This document shows, piece by piece, positions 16,288 to 25,374 of a stretch of 28,487 nt of DNA. The DNA comes from a virus (taxonomy: Duplodnaviria > Caudoviricetes): IMG/VR virus record IMGVR_UViG_3300044728_000033, positions 1-28,487 of that record; one strand, written 5' to 3'. The position numbers and the translations under genes are program-made. The notes beneath the pieces are model-generated. The model was not told where the DNA came from and ran no database searches. It was given only the letters and a program-made list of their open reading frames with translations. Every line of letters starts with the position of its first letter. The first letter of the stretch is position 1.

Positions 16288-16686
16288 ATGCCGACCTATT
16301 CCTTCCGCTGCGCCAAGTGCGAGAAGACCCTGGATGTCGTCCGCTCGATCTCGGACCACCTCAGGAGCCCCAGGCCGCTGATCTGCTGCGGCGAGGTGGC
16401 CGACCGCTACTTCCCGCCGGGTCCGCGTGTAAATGCTCTGGACAACGCCCTGGCAGGCGACCGGCACTACATCGGGGTGTGTGCCCAGGACGGCACCGAC
16501 ATCTCATCGAGATCGAAGCACCGGGAGTACATGCACAGGCATGGTCTGACGACCGCCGACGACTACACCGAAACCTGGGCGAAGGCGCAGAAGGCTCGTG
16601 AAGCCTACCGGCGCGGCGAACGGGGGACCGGTGCAATTACCCGTAACGATATTGAGCGGGCGTTCGCCCGAGCCAAGGGAGCCTGA
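16288..16686 (+). CDS. FmdB-family zinc-ribbon protein
   Basis: N-terminal MPTYSFRCAKC...ICCG. Confidence 0.75.
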   Translation: MPTYSFRCAKCEKTLDVVRSISDHLRSPRPLICCGEVADRYFPPGPRVNALDNALAGDRHYIGVCAQDGTDISSRSKHREYMHRHGLTTADDYTETWAKAQKAREAYRRGERGTGAITRNDIERAFARAKGA

Positions 16687-16687
16687 G

Positions 16688-16870
16688 ATGACTATTACCT
16701 CGTTGCTGACCGTTCTGCTGGTTCTGGCCGTCTTCGGCCTGATCGTCTGGCTGATCGTCACCTACATCCCGATGCCGCCCCCCTTCAAGACGGTGATCAT
16801 CGCCGTGGCAGCCATCGTCCTGATCATCTGGCTGGTCCAGTGGTCCGGCCTGCTGCGCCTGCACGCCTAG
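16688..16870 (+). CDS. Small two-TM membrane protein (Thivi_2564-like, possible holin)
   Basis: MTITSLLTVLLVLAVFGLIVWLIVTYIPMPPPFKTVIIAVAAIVLIIWL has two TM helices separated by IPMPPPFK. Confidence 0.65.
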   Translation: MTITSLLTVLLVLAVFGLIVWLIVTYIPMPPPFKTVIIAVAAIVLIIWLVQWSGLLRLHA

Positions 16871-16915
16871 CTAGCGTAGCCCCTATTTCGCGCTCGTAAA
16901 CCACAAGGAGAACCT

Positions 16916-18067
16916 ATGGGACCTGATGACGACGCCGTGGACGACGGCCCCGACCTTCGCTCGACCATCGAGAGCGCCATCGAGAGCGAAGGTGGCGATA
17001 CCGGGGCGTCGGCCGAGCCTACCGCTCCTGCGGCCGAGCCCACCCCAACTGGGGTGGACAAGGGCCAATCCGGGGAGCCCCAGGTCCAGGCGAAGGGCGA
17101 CCGCGACTCGCTGGGTCGGTTCATCCCGAAGGCCGAGAAGGCCGCAGGAGCGCCTGGAGCGACTCCTGGCACCCCTGGCCCCACCGGGCCGACGAACGGG
17201 GCGCTGCCGCCCATCCAGCCCGCGCCGCTGGCCCCTGCGCTGCAGGCTCCGGCGTCATGGTCGCCTGGGGCTCGTGAGCACTGGAAGACCGTCGCCCCGG
17301 CCGTGCAGCAGGAGATCGCCCGGCGCGAGTCGGAGATGGCCCGCTACGTCAACGAGATGGCCCCGGCCAGGAACATCGCCGAGCGGTTCACCCAGACGAT
17401 CCAGCCCTTCCTGGGCACGATCCAGGCCGAAGGGGTCGACCCGCTGACGGCCGTGCGCAACCTGATGCAGGTCACCCAGACGCTGCGCTCGGGCACCCAG
17501 TACGAGAAGGCCAGCACCCTGGCGCAGATCGTCCGCGTCTACGGGGTCGACATCGCCTCGCTCGACGCTGCCCTGGTCGGTCAGGCTCCCCCGGAGAGCA
17601 GCCAGCAGCAGTCCAACCCGCAGTACGTCCAGCAGGCAGTCCAGCAGGCGCTCGCGCCCCTGTACCAAGCCGCCCAGAGCCGCCAGAACCAGTTGGTCCA
17701 GGCTGCCGAGGGCGAGGCACGGTCGGAGCTTGAGCAGTTCGCGGCCGACCCGGCCAACGAATTCTTCAACGACCTCCGGGTCGAGATGGCCGACATCATC
17801 GAGCTTGGGGAGCGGCGGGGCCGCGACATCAGCATCGCCGACGCCTATAAGCAGGCGGCGATGTTGCACCCGGAGGTTTCCAAGGTTATGCTCGCACGGC
17901 AGCAGGGTGCGAACGCCCGGCAATTGACGCAGAACGCCCAGCGGGCTCGCTCCGCAGCGGTCAGCGTCAGGGGCACCGCTCCTGTTGGCAATCCGGCTGG
18001 CCCGGAACCGTCGTCGATCCGCGAAAGCATCGAGGCGGCCATCTCGGCTCACTCGGGGTATAGCTGA
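16916..18067 (+). CDS. Capsid scaffolding protein
   Basis: Located before the MCP. Disordered acidic/Pro N-terminus, RDSLGRF and APASW motifs, coiled coils. Confidence 0.75.
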   Translation: MGPDDDAVDDGPDLRSTIESAIESEGGDTGASAEPTAPAAEPTPTGVDKGQSGEPQVQAKGDRDSLGRFIPKAEKAAGAPGATPGTPGPTGPTNGALPPIQPAPLAPALQAPASWSPGAREHWKTVAPAVQQEIARRESEMARYVNEMAPARNIAERFTQTIQPFLGTIQAEGVDPLTAVRNLMQVTQTLRSGTQYEKASTLAQIVRVYGVDIASLDAALVGQAPPESSQQQSNPQYVQQAVQQALAPLYQAAQSRQNQLVQAAEGEARSELEQFAADPANEFFNDLRVEMADIIELGERRGRDISIADAYKQAAMLHPEVSKVMLARQQGANARQLTQNAQRARSAAVSVRGTAPVGNPAGPEPSSIRESIEAAISAHSGYS

Positions 18068-18198
18068 AGCTCGTAGAACCGAGCCGGGGGAAGTAGAACC
18101 GCAACGCGGCCATCGACACCCCCAGGCAACGGCCATCGAAAGGCGGATGAGAACGGTCTGCATGTAAATGCAGGGTACAACTTCATTCGGAGATTTCA

Positions 18199-19170
18199 AT
18201 GGCCTTCCCCAACGTCTCGGACATCGTCGCAACGACGATCCAGTCACGCACCCGCAAGATCGCGGACAACGTGACCAAGAACAACGCCCTGTACATGAAG
18301 CTCGACCAGCGCGGCAATCGCAAGCCGTTCTCGGGCGGCAACGTGATCTACCAAGAGCTTTCCTTCGCGCAGAACGCGAACGGCGGCTGGTACTCGGGGT
18401 ACGACCTTCTGCCGGTGGCAGCGAGCGACGTCATCAGCGCCGCCGAGTTCAACATCAAGCAGCTTGCCTGCCCGGTCACCATGTCCGGCCTGGAGCAAAT
18501 CCAGAACGCGGGCAAGGAGCAGATGATCGACCTCCTCGAAGCGCGCATCAACGTCGCCGAGAGCACGATGGCGAACCTGATGGCCGAGGGCATCTATAGC
18601 GACGGCACCACCTACGGTGGCAAGTCCCTCACGGGTCTTGCGGCTGCGGTGCCTGCGCTGGCTCCCGCCTCGCAGACGACCGCCTACGGTGGCATCGTCG
18701 GCTCGACGTGGACCTTCTGGACCAGCAAGTACACGCTGACGGTGGCGCAGACGGCGGCCAACATCCAGGGCTTTATGAACACGATGTGGGCGAGTCTCGT
18801 GCGCGGCACCGACCGGCCCGACCTGCTGGTGCAGGACAACGTGGCCTGGGGCACCTACATGGCATCGCTGCAGGCGATCCAGCGGTTCACCTCGCCCGAT
18901 GTTGGTAACCTGGGGTTCCCGTCCATCAAGTTCATGGACGCGGACGTGGTTCTGGATGGCGGCATCGGCGGCTTCAACACCGCCAACACGACGTTCTTCC
19001 TGAACACCAAGTACCTGTTCCTGCGGCCGCACTCGGCTCGTGACATGGTCGCCCTGGACCCCAACAAGCGGTACGCCGTCAATCAGGACGCCGAGGTCAG
19101 CATCCTGGCCTGGGCGGGCAACCTGACTTGCAGCGGTCGCCAGTTCCAGGGTCGCCTCGTCGGCGGCTGA
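18199..19170 (+). CDS. Major capsid protein
   Basis: 323 aa. MAFPNVSDIVATTIQSRTRKIADNVTKNNAL...YSGYD...GNLTCS is a common podophage MCP pattern, followed by a strong terminator. Confidence 0.9.
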   Translation: MAFPNVSDIVATTIQSRTRKIADNVTKNNALYMKLDQRGNRKPFSGGNVIYQELSFAQNANGGWYSGYDLLPVAASDVISAAEFNIKQLACPVTMSGLEQIQNAGKEQMIDLLEARINVAESTMANLMAEGIYSDGTTYGGKSLTGLAAAVPALAPASQTTAYGGIVGSTWTFWTSKYTLTVAQTAANIQGFMNTMWASLVRGTDRPDLLVQDNVAWGTYMASLQAIQRFTSPDVGNLGFPSIKFMDADVVLDGGIGGFNTANTTFFLNTKYLFLRPHSARDMVALDPNKRYAVNQDAEVSILAWAGNLTCSGRQFQGRLVGG

Positions 19171-19180
19171 TCTCCTTGAC

Positions 19181-19207
19181 GCCGGGGCTTCGGCCCCGGC
19201 CCTTTTT
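19181..19207 (+). terminator. Rho-independent terminator after the MCP
   Basis: GCCGGGGC-TTCG-GCCCCGGC (cUUCGg loop) followed by CCTTTTT. Confidence 0.85.
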
Positions 19208-19225
19208 CAGCTTCAGGAGAACACG

Positions 19226-19834
19226 ATGCCCGCAGGACTTTCCGGCAGCACGCTGGTCCAGAACCTCGCCAACCCGAGCCTGGGCAACTTCACCATCTTC
19301 GACCTCCTCTCCGGTCCCAAGGGCTCGCCCAAGGACCGCGACGTCGACGTCCCCTATCTCGGTCTTCCCGCTGGCAGCGGCTTCGCTGCGAGCGGCAACG
19401 CTTCGACGGGTGGCCTCAGTACCGGTATCGGGTTCGGTTCCCCGCCGATCATCGGACTGACGGCCCCCGCCTCCATTGTCGCCGCAGGCTTCAACGACGA
19501 CTACACCCCCGGCAACACCAAGCCGGACGGCACCGCCACCACCAACTCGACGTATATGTACATCGGCGGCGGCCGCAGCACCAACGCTGCCGACGCGCCG
19601 TCGAACCCGTACACGGCGGGCTACGGCATCGGTGGCGGCGGCCAGGGCGGCAGCCGCGATGCTGGCGCAGGACCGGCCTACACGGGCTTCGTCACCAAGA
19701 TGGTCACGGCAACCGGCGCGGTGGCGACGGGCGCTGCGGTCGAGACGGGCTACAGCAACCGCTCGGGCTCTGCCCTGGTGACCGGCCAGTCGGTGTTCGG
19801 CTCCTTCGGAACCGCCAGCGCCGCACCGGCCTAA
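19226..19834 (+). CDS. Gly/Ala/Thr-rich virion protein (possible capsid decoration)
   Basis: 202 aa after the MCP, with AGGAG RBS and a composition typical of structural proteins. Confidence 0.55.
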   Translation: MPAGLSGSTLVQNLANPSLGNFTIFDLLSGPKGSPKDRDVDVPYLGLPAGSGFAASGNASTGGLSTGIGFGSPPIIGLTAPASIVAAGFNDDYTPGNTKPDGTATTNSTYMYIGGGRSTNAADAPSNPYTAGYGIGGGGQGGSRDAGAGPAYTGFVTKMVTATGAVATGAAVETGYSNRSGSALVTGQSVFGSFGTASAAPA

Positions 19835-19843
19835 GGGTCCGCC

Positions 19844-20563
19844 ATGTCGACGGACACCGTAGCGGACATCTACCAGAAGCCTGGGGCTCCGTACAGCACG
19901 TCTACCGACGCCTACAGCAGCACCACCATCGGTGCTGCTGCGGCGACTGTCGAGGCTGCGTCGGTGGTCTGCCCGACCATCGCCAACGCCCTGCCCCCGG
20001 TGCTGCTGCCCGGCGTCAACATCCTGACGAAGACGCAGTTGTTCGAGAACGCCGTCTGGACGAAGACTCGTGCGTCCGTCACCGCCAACGCGATTGCAGC
20101 GCCGGACCTCACGCTGACGGCGGACAAGCTCGTCGAGGATGCGACCGCCAACAACACCCACACCCTGAACGGCACGGCCGCCACGACGGTGGCCGAGGCG
20201 AACTACATCTGGTCGATCTACGCCAAGGCCGGGGAGCGGACGCGGATCAGGCTGCGTGCCGCGACCAACATCACCTTCCTGGGCGACATGATCGTCGACC
20301 TGTTGACCGGGACCGTCGTCTGGGCTGGCAGGGCGAACCTCGTACCGGCTGTAGCCGGGATCATCGACGCGGGCAACGGTTGGTATCGGCTCTGGATGCG
20401 TATCCCCACGCAGCCGCTGTCGGTGTCGTCCTCTCTCAACGTGTGGCTGGTCGACACCGGGCTCAACACCACCTACGACGGAAACGGCACCAGCGGCGTG
20501 TACCTCTGGGGTGCCCAGCTTGAGCAGTCGGACACCCTCCACGCCTACACCGCTGTAGCCTGA
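19844..20563 (+). CDS. Head spike/fiber-like protein with CBM-like beta-sandwich
   Basis: NILTKTQLFENAVWTKT...TADKLVED...SIYAKAGER...GNGWYRL...GVYLWGAQLEQ is a recurrent phage fiber module. Confidence 0.65.
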   Translation: MSTDTVADIYQKPGAPYSTSTDAYSSTTIGAAAATVEAASVVCPTIANALPPVLLPGVNILTKTQLFENAVWTKTRASVTANAIAAPDLTLTADKLVEDATANNTHTLNGTAATTVAEANYIWSIYAKAGERTRIRLRAATNITFLGDMIVDLLTGTVVWAGRANLVPAVAGIIDAGNGWYRLWMRIPTQPLSVSSSLNVWLVDTGLNTTYDGNGTSGVYLWGAQLEQSDTLHAYTAVA

Positions 20564-20564
20564 C

Positions 20565-20963
20565 ATGCTGGTATCCGGCGTCCTCAAGTTCGACGACCTT
20601 GGCAGGATCATCCTGTCGGGCGGGCCGCCGCTCGACTTCAACGGGGGCACCCCCATCGGGGCTGACGGTGGCCTTGTTGCAGCCGCAGGCGCTGACCCCG
20701 ATCTCTACTTCGCGGCCATCGGCTACCTCGACGACGGCAGCCTCACTGACAGCAGCAACCCGCTGGTGCCCCAGAGCGGCCCGCTGACCAACGACAAGGG
20801 TCAGGTCCGCATCAGCTTCGACGTGCCGGTCTACTGGTACGCAGGGCTGCCGCTGACCGCCGATGGCTTCCTCTCGATCAGCGACGGCGTCGTCCCGCCA
20901 GTGATCGGCCCTGGAGCCTTCGACCAGGGCTTCGACAACGCCTTCGACAACGGGAGCCCGTGA
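20565..20963 (+). CDS. Hypothetical virion protein
   Basis: 132 aa with internal G-x-P-x-x-x-D-G repeats and a C-terminal AFDQGFDNAFD motif. Confidence 0.65.
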   Translation: MLVSGVLKFDDLGRIILSGGPPLDFNGGTPIGADGGLVAAAGADPDLYFAAIGYLDDGSLTDSSNPLVPQSGPLTNDKGQVRISFDVPVYWYAGLPLTADGFLSISDGVVPPVIGPGAFDQGFDNAFDNGSP

Positions 20964-21535
20964 TGGCACGCAAGACAATGTTCGCGTTGAAGGCTCAGGC
21001 TGACGCTACGCTGCCCGACAACGCCTCGCACCAGATCACCGCCGCCGCAGTGCGGACGATGATCAAGGACTTCATCGACACGATGACGCCAGGGTTCGGC
21101 GCGCTCGGTGCCGACATCGCCACCCTTGTAGCCCTGGGCACCACGCCTGTGATGGTTGTGCTGCCCAACCTGATGGCGATCACCGCCGACTTCACGTCGT
21201 TCGGCCCGACCAGCGGACAGCTTCGGCGCAACGCCCTGGGGCTGCCTTCGACGAACACCCGCGTCACCTTCTACGCAGGCATCTCCTGCGACGTGGGCAA
21301 CGAGATCGTCTTCAGCTTGTTCCGCGACGGGGTCAACGTGCCTGGGGGCTGCACGATCAGCGGCCAGGGCAACACCAACGTCACCGAGGGCTCCTTCGAG
21401 GTCATCAACGCCGTGCCCGTGGCAGGCGACCCGGTGTACGAGGTCAGGGCGAGCAAGATCAGCGGCGGCATCGACGATGTCGAATTGACCGACGTGCGCC
21501 TGATCCTTGAGGTGGTCCCGACCATCGGCATCTGA
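20963..21535 (+). CDS. Hypothetical virion protein
   Basis: ~190 aa with a TGATG overlap. N-terminal LPDN...ITAAAVR, beta-rich C-terminus. Confidence 0.65.
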   Translation: MARKTMFALKAQADATLPDNASHQITAAAVRTMIKDFIDTMTPGFGALGADIATLVALGTTPVMVVLPNLMAITADFTSFGPTSGQLRRNALGLPSTNTRVTFYAGISCDVGNEIVFSLFRDGVNVPGGCTISGQGNTNVTEGSFEVINAVPVAGDPVYEVRASKISGGIDDVELTDVRLILEVVPTIGI

Positions 21536-21607
21536 TTTAAATCTGCAGGCTTCAGTGGGATGGGCCAGCCGAGATTTCCCAACATCCCACGCACAAGGAG
21601 AACCCAG

Positions 21608-22279
21608 ATGGCACTCGACGCACAGCAGGTTGAAGCCCTGCAGAACAGCCAGCCCCCCACCGATTGGTCCAAGTTCGATCAGACCGTCAGTGTGGATGCC
21701 CGTACCTTCGGCGGTGCGCCGGGTGGCCTGCCGCCGGGCATGGGGCCGGGGCACGACGACAAGCTGCACGTCCACTTCTACATGAAGCCGCGCATCGACA
21801 TCGAGGAGTCGAACAAGGCCAACCGGCCGATCTACAAGGACGTCCCGTTCATCACCGTGATGATCCCCGGCGACAAGAACAACATCGTCACCGCAGAGGT
21901 CTGGGACCTCCACCGCAGGCGCTTCCCGCAGCACTGGGCGCAGTTCATCGCTGGGGTCAAGGATCAGGTCGTCGGCACGCCGCTCAAGGTCGCGCCGTTC
22001 CTGACCGAGGCGCACATCGAGGAGCTTGCGTACTTCAAGATTCGCACCATCGAGCAGTTGGCGAACCTGTCGGACACCAACATGACCTTCATGGGTGCCC
22101 GCGAGATGTCCGACGCGGCGAAGAAGTACCTGCTGACCGTCAACGGCAACGAGGCGCTGCTGGAGCGCATCAGGGCACTCGAAGCCCAGATCGGCAGCCA
22201 GAGGGCCGAGATGGACGCCAGCAGCAAGCAGGACAAGCCGGACAAGCCCAGCCAGGGCGTGAAAAACTTCGGCCGTTAA
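21608..22279 (+). CDS. Conserved-type phage hypothetical protein
   Basis: Start MALDAQ after AAGGAG. Contains RPIYKDVPFI..IPGDK, RFPQHWAQF, GTPL and KIRTIEQLANLSD, with a C-terminal coiled coil. Confidence 0.7.
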   Translation: MALDAQQVEALQNSQPPTDWSKFDQTVSVDARTFGGAPGGLPPGMGPGHDDKLHVHFYMKPRIDIEESNKANRPIYKDVPFITVMIPGDKNNIVTAEVWDLHRRRFPQHWAQFIAGVKDQVVGTPLKVAPFLTEAHIEELAYFKIRTIEQLANLSDTNMTFMGAREMSDAAKKYLLTVNGNEALLERIRALEAQIGSQRAEMDASSKQDKPDKPSQGVKNFGR

Positions 22280-22294
22280 GCCTGGGGAAACAGC

Positions 22295-23077
22295 ATGGCT
22301 ACCACCTACTCGATCACCAACTTCTCGACGTTCCAGACGTTGATGCAGCAGGTGTGCGCCATGCTCAACCTGCCGGTCCCGACCGACCCGGTCGGGTCGG
22401 CGGACCCCAACATGGTCCTGATGCGGACGGCGGCGAACCTCGCCAGCCTGGAGATGCTCAACGCCTACGAGTGGAGCCAGTTGACCAAGGACGGCACGAT
22501 CACCGTCCAGACGCTGGTGCCGCCGCTCCCTGGCGAGTCGAGCGAATTGGCCTTCCCTCTCCCGGCCGACTTCTACCGGTTCATCGACCAGACCCAGTGG
22601 AACGGCTCGATGCGCTTCCCGGCGGTCGGCCCGGTCGCGCCCCAGGGCTGGATGACCTACCGGGTCTTCCCGATCAGCGCCAACTTCACGCTGACGTGGC
22701 AGATGCGGCAGCGCCAGCTTTGGTTCCTGAACCCGCCCCCGCCGCCAGGGCAGACGTTCAGGTTCATGTACCTGTCCCAGGCGCTGGTGCAGGACGCGGA
22801 CAACCCCGACCTGTACAAGAACGTCGCAACGAAGGCTGGCGACATCTTCCAGCTTGACGGCATCCTGATGACGCTCTGCACCCGGATGAAGTGGCTTGAA
22901 GCCCGTGGCTTCGACTCGTCCGCTGCGGTGCGCGACTTCCTGCTGGCCTTCGACTCCCGCATCGGCGCAGAGAAGGGCGCGAACATCCTGAACATGGCAG
23001 GCGGCCGCCACGACTACCCGTACATCGGCGTCGGCAACCTGCCTGAGGCGAGCCTCTACGGCATGCGCCAAAACTGA
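22295..23077 (+). CDS. Head-tail adaptor / tail tubular protein A-like
   Basis: Helical N-terminus, YEWSQL and FPLPADFYRFIDQTQW, located before the nozzle gene. Confidence 0.65.
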   Translation: MATTYSITNFSTFQTLMQQVCAMLNLPVPTDPVGSADPNMVLMRTAANLASLEMLNAYEWSQLTKDGTITVQTLVPPLPGESSELAFPLPADFYRFIDQTQWNGSMRFPAVGPVAPQGWMTYRVFPISANFTLTWQMRQRQLWFLNPPPPPGQTFRFMYLSQALVQDADNPDLYKNVATKAGDIFQLDGILMTLCTRMKWLEARGFDSSAAVRDFLLAFDSRIGAEKGANILNMAGGRHDYPYIGVGNLPEASLYGMRQN

Positions 23078-23094
23078 TAGTTACTGGTGACGAA

Positions 23095-23319
23095 ATGGCA
23101 ACTCTTCCTCCAGGCTGGGTGATCACTCCGACCGACGAAATCGTCCCCAATCCCAACGTAGGGACTCCGGCCGAAGGGTCGTTCTTTGCCCGCCGGACCT
23201 ACATCTGCCGCAACGCTGCCGGTGCCTACGTCTGCTCGTCCGGTGCCCTGGAGGACTGCGAGGCGCAAGCCCAGGGGCTGGCCCAGCAGCGCACGCAGAA
23301 GCAGCCCTACTACAACTGA
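23095..23319 (+). CDS. Hypothetical protein
   Basis: 74 aa that exactly fills the gap between adaptor and nozzle. Confidence 0.6.
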   Translation: MATLPPGWVITPTDEIVPNPNVGTPAEGSFFARRTYICRNAAGAYVCSSGALEDCEAQAQGLAQQRTQKQPYYN

Positions 23320-23320
23320 C

Positions 23321-24955
23321 ATGGCTCTCGTTCCCTACCAAGGACCCCGTCGCACGACGCCCAGGCGGTCGAGCGCCACGCAGAACCATCAGGCGTTCCC
23401 GTTCGGTGCGCCGCTGCGCGGCCTGGACGTGACCCAGCCCCTGCCGGGTGGCGACCCGCAGACGGCTATCCGGCTGGAGAACCTCATCCCCCGCGTGCTG
23501 GGCTGCCAGATGCGCCGGGGCTTCCTGCGCCACAAGAGCCACCTCACGGGCGAGGTGCGGTCGTTCATGAAGTACCTGTCGCCGCTGGGGGTCAACAAGC
23601 TCCTGGCTGCATCGGCCGCAGGCGATGTCTTCGACGTGACCACGGCATCGGCCTCTGGCGTTGTCCCGGCCCCCGTGCTGGCCGTGCCGACCGGCACGCC
23701 CGTCGGCGAGTGGACCTCGCTCAACTTCGTGACATCGGCAGGCGTCCACGTCATGCTGATGGTGAACCCTGGGTCTGGCTACTGGATTTACAACGGCGCA
23801 GCGTTCACCCAGATCACGCTCGGTGCCGGACCCAACCAGATCGCTGGCATCAATCCCAACCTCTTCAGCTTCGTCACCGTCTACAAGAACCGGGTCTGGT
23901 TCATCGAGAAGGACACGACCCGTGGCTGGTACTTGCCCTTCGGCCAGTACGCTGGGACGGCGACCGCCTTCGACTTCGGCTCGATGCTGCCCAACGGTGG
24001 CAACCTCCAGGCGTTGATCAACTGGACCTATGACGGCAGCAGCGGCGTCGGGGTCCAGAACCAGTTCGTCATCGTCGCCAGCCAGGGCGACGTGCTGGTC
24101 TATGGTGGCGACGATCCTGCTGTAGCCGCGAGCTTCCAAGTGGTCGGCCGCTGGTACATCGGCCGCGTGCCGGTGGGCAACCGGTTCTTCACCAACTACC
24201 AGCAGGACGTCGCACTGCTCTCCGAGCGCGGCATGTGCTTCATGTCGGAGCTTATGCGCGGCCAGGGCTTCTTCCAGAACCCGCAGATCGCCAGTGCCAT
24301 CAACTCTGCCCTGGCGGTCGAGATCGCGGGCTCGCTCGACGTGCGCTACTGGGAGATCAAGTTCCTGCCGCACGAGCAGTTGCTGCTGATCAACCGGGCC
24401 GAGATCAACCTTGAGAACCTGCAGTGGGCATACGAGGTGAACAACAAGGCGTTCGCCATGCTGCGCGGCTACCCGATGCTGACGGTCGAGGCGTTCAACG
24501 GCAAGGTGTTCTCGGGCGATCTCGTCGGCAACGTCTGGCAATGCTTCGTAGGCGGCACCGATGGACAGGTCGACGCCGTCCCCGGCAGCGACCTCCAGGG
24601 GCTCGTGGTGACCGCCTTCCAGCCGCTGGGCGAGGGCATCCGGGTCAAGCGGTTCCACATGGTCCGCCCGAGCTTCATCAGCGACTCGGCTCCTGGCGTG
24701 CAGGCCGGGTTGAACAGCGAGTGGAACCTTGAGATCAGCGGCTCGATCCCGGCGTACCTGGGCGCGGGCTCGGGAGCCTGGGACGTCGGCCTGTGGGACG
24801 TGGCCGTCTGGTCCGGCCAGGGGCAGAGCTACGAGGCATGGACCGGCGCTGCTGGCAGCGGCCGCTACGGTGCCCTGGCGATGAAGGTCCGCGCATCGGC
24901 CGACACGATCTTCGTCGGCTGGCAGGCGCTGGTGGAGCCTGGGGGTGTGCTGTGA
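23321..24955 (+). CDS. Tail nozzle / packaged-DNA stabilization protein (P22 gp10-like)
   Basis: Start MALVPY. Beta-propeller-like content (YKNRVWFIEK, GDVLVYGGDDP) and a C-terminal WDVGLWDVAVW. Confidence 0.75.
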   Translation: MALVPYQGPRRTTPRRSSATQNHQAFPFGAPLRGLDVTQPLPGGDPQTAIRLENLIPRVLGCQMRRGFLRHKSHLTGEVRSFMKYLSPLGVNKLLAASAAGDVFDVTTASASGVVPAPVLAVPTGTPVGEWTSLNFVTSAGVHVMLMVNPGSGYWIYNGAAFTQITLGAGPNQIAGINPNLFSFVTVYKNRVWFIEKDTTRGWYLPFGQYAGTATAFDFGSMLPNGGNLQALINWTYDGSSGVGVQNQFVIVASQGDVLVYGGDDPAVAASFQVVGRWYIGRVPVGNRFFTNYQQDVALLSERGMCFMSELMRGQGFFQNPQIASAINSALAVEIAGSLDVRYWEIKFLPHEQLLLINRAEINLENLQWAYEVNNKAFAMLRGYPMLTVEAFNGKVFSGDLVGNVWQCFVGGTDGQVDAVPGSDLQGLVVTAFQPLGEGIRVKRFHMVRPSFISDSAPGVQAGLNSEWNLEISGSIPAYLGAGSGAWDVGLWDVAVWSGQGQSYEAWTGAAGSGRYGALAMKVRASADTIFVGWQALVEPGGVL

Positions 24956-25374
24956 TAGCGACCCAGCCGCAGGACGCCCTCGCCTACTGGCTGTGCAGCC
25001 GGATCGGCCTCGTGCCTTCGCCCAACATCCAGTGCATCGGCTCGATCTCCGACCGCGAGCCCCATGTCCTGCGCGGCGTCGTCGGCTTCGACAGCTTCAA
25101 CGAAGCCTCGTGCGTGATGCACATGGCAGGCGAGCCCGGCTGGATCGACAAGAAGATGCTGCACGTCTGCTTCGACTATCCGTTCAACGTCATGGGCTGC
25201 AATCAGGTCCTGGCCTTCGTCCCGAGTGACAATATCGTCGCGCTCGACATCAACCGCCGCCTGGGGTTCTCGCTCGTTGTCGAGCTTGACGGCGCTCACC
25301 CCGACGGCTCGCTCTTCCTCATGCGGATGCGCCGCGACGAATGCAAGTGGCTCGCGCCACGGAGGACCCACTGA
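24952..25374 (+). CDS. GNAT-fold protein (acetyltransferase-like)
   Basis: GTG start overlaps the upstream stop. FDYPFNVMGC...VPSDNIVALDINRRLGFSLV is a GNAT C-terminal motif, in the usual position before ejection genes. Confidence 0.7.
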   Translation: MIATQPQDALAYWLCSRIGLVPSPNIQCIGSISDREPHVLRGVVGFDSFNEASCVMHMAGEPGWIDKKMLHVCFDYPFNVMGCNQVLAFVPSDNIVALDINRRLGFSLVVELDGAHPDGSLFLMRMRRDECKWLAPRRTH

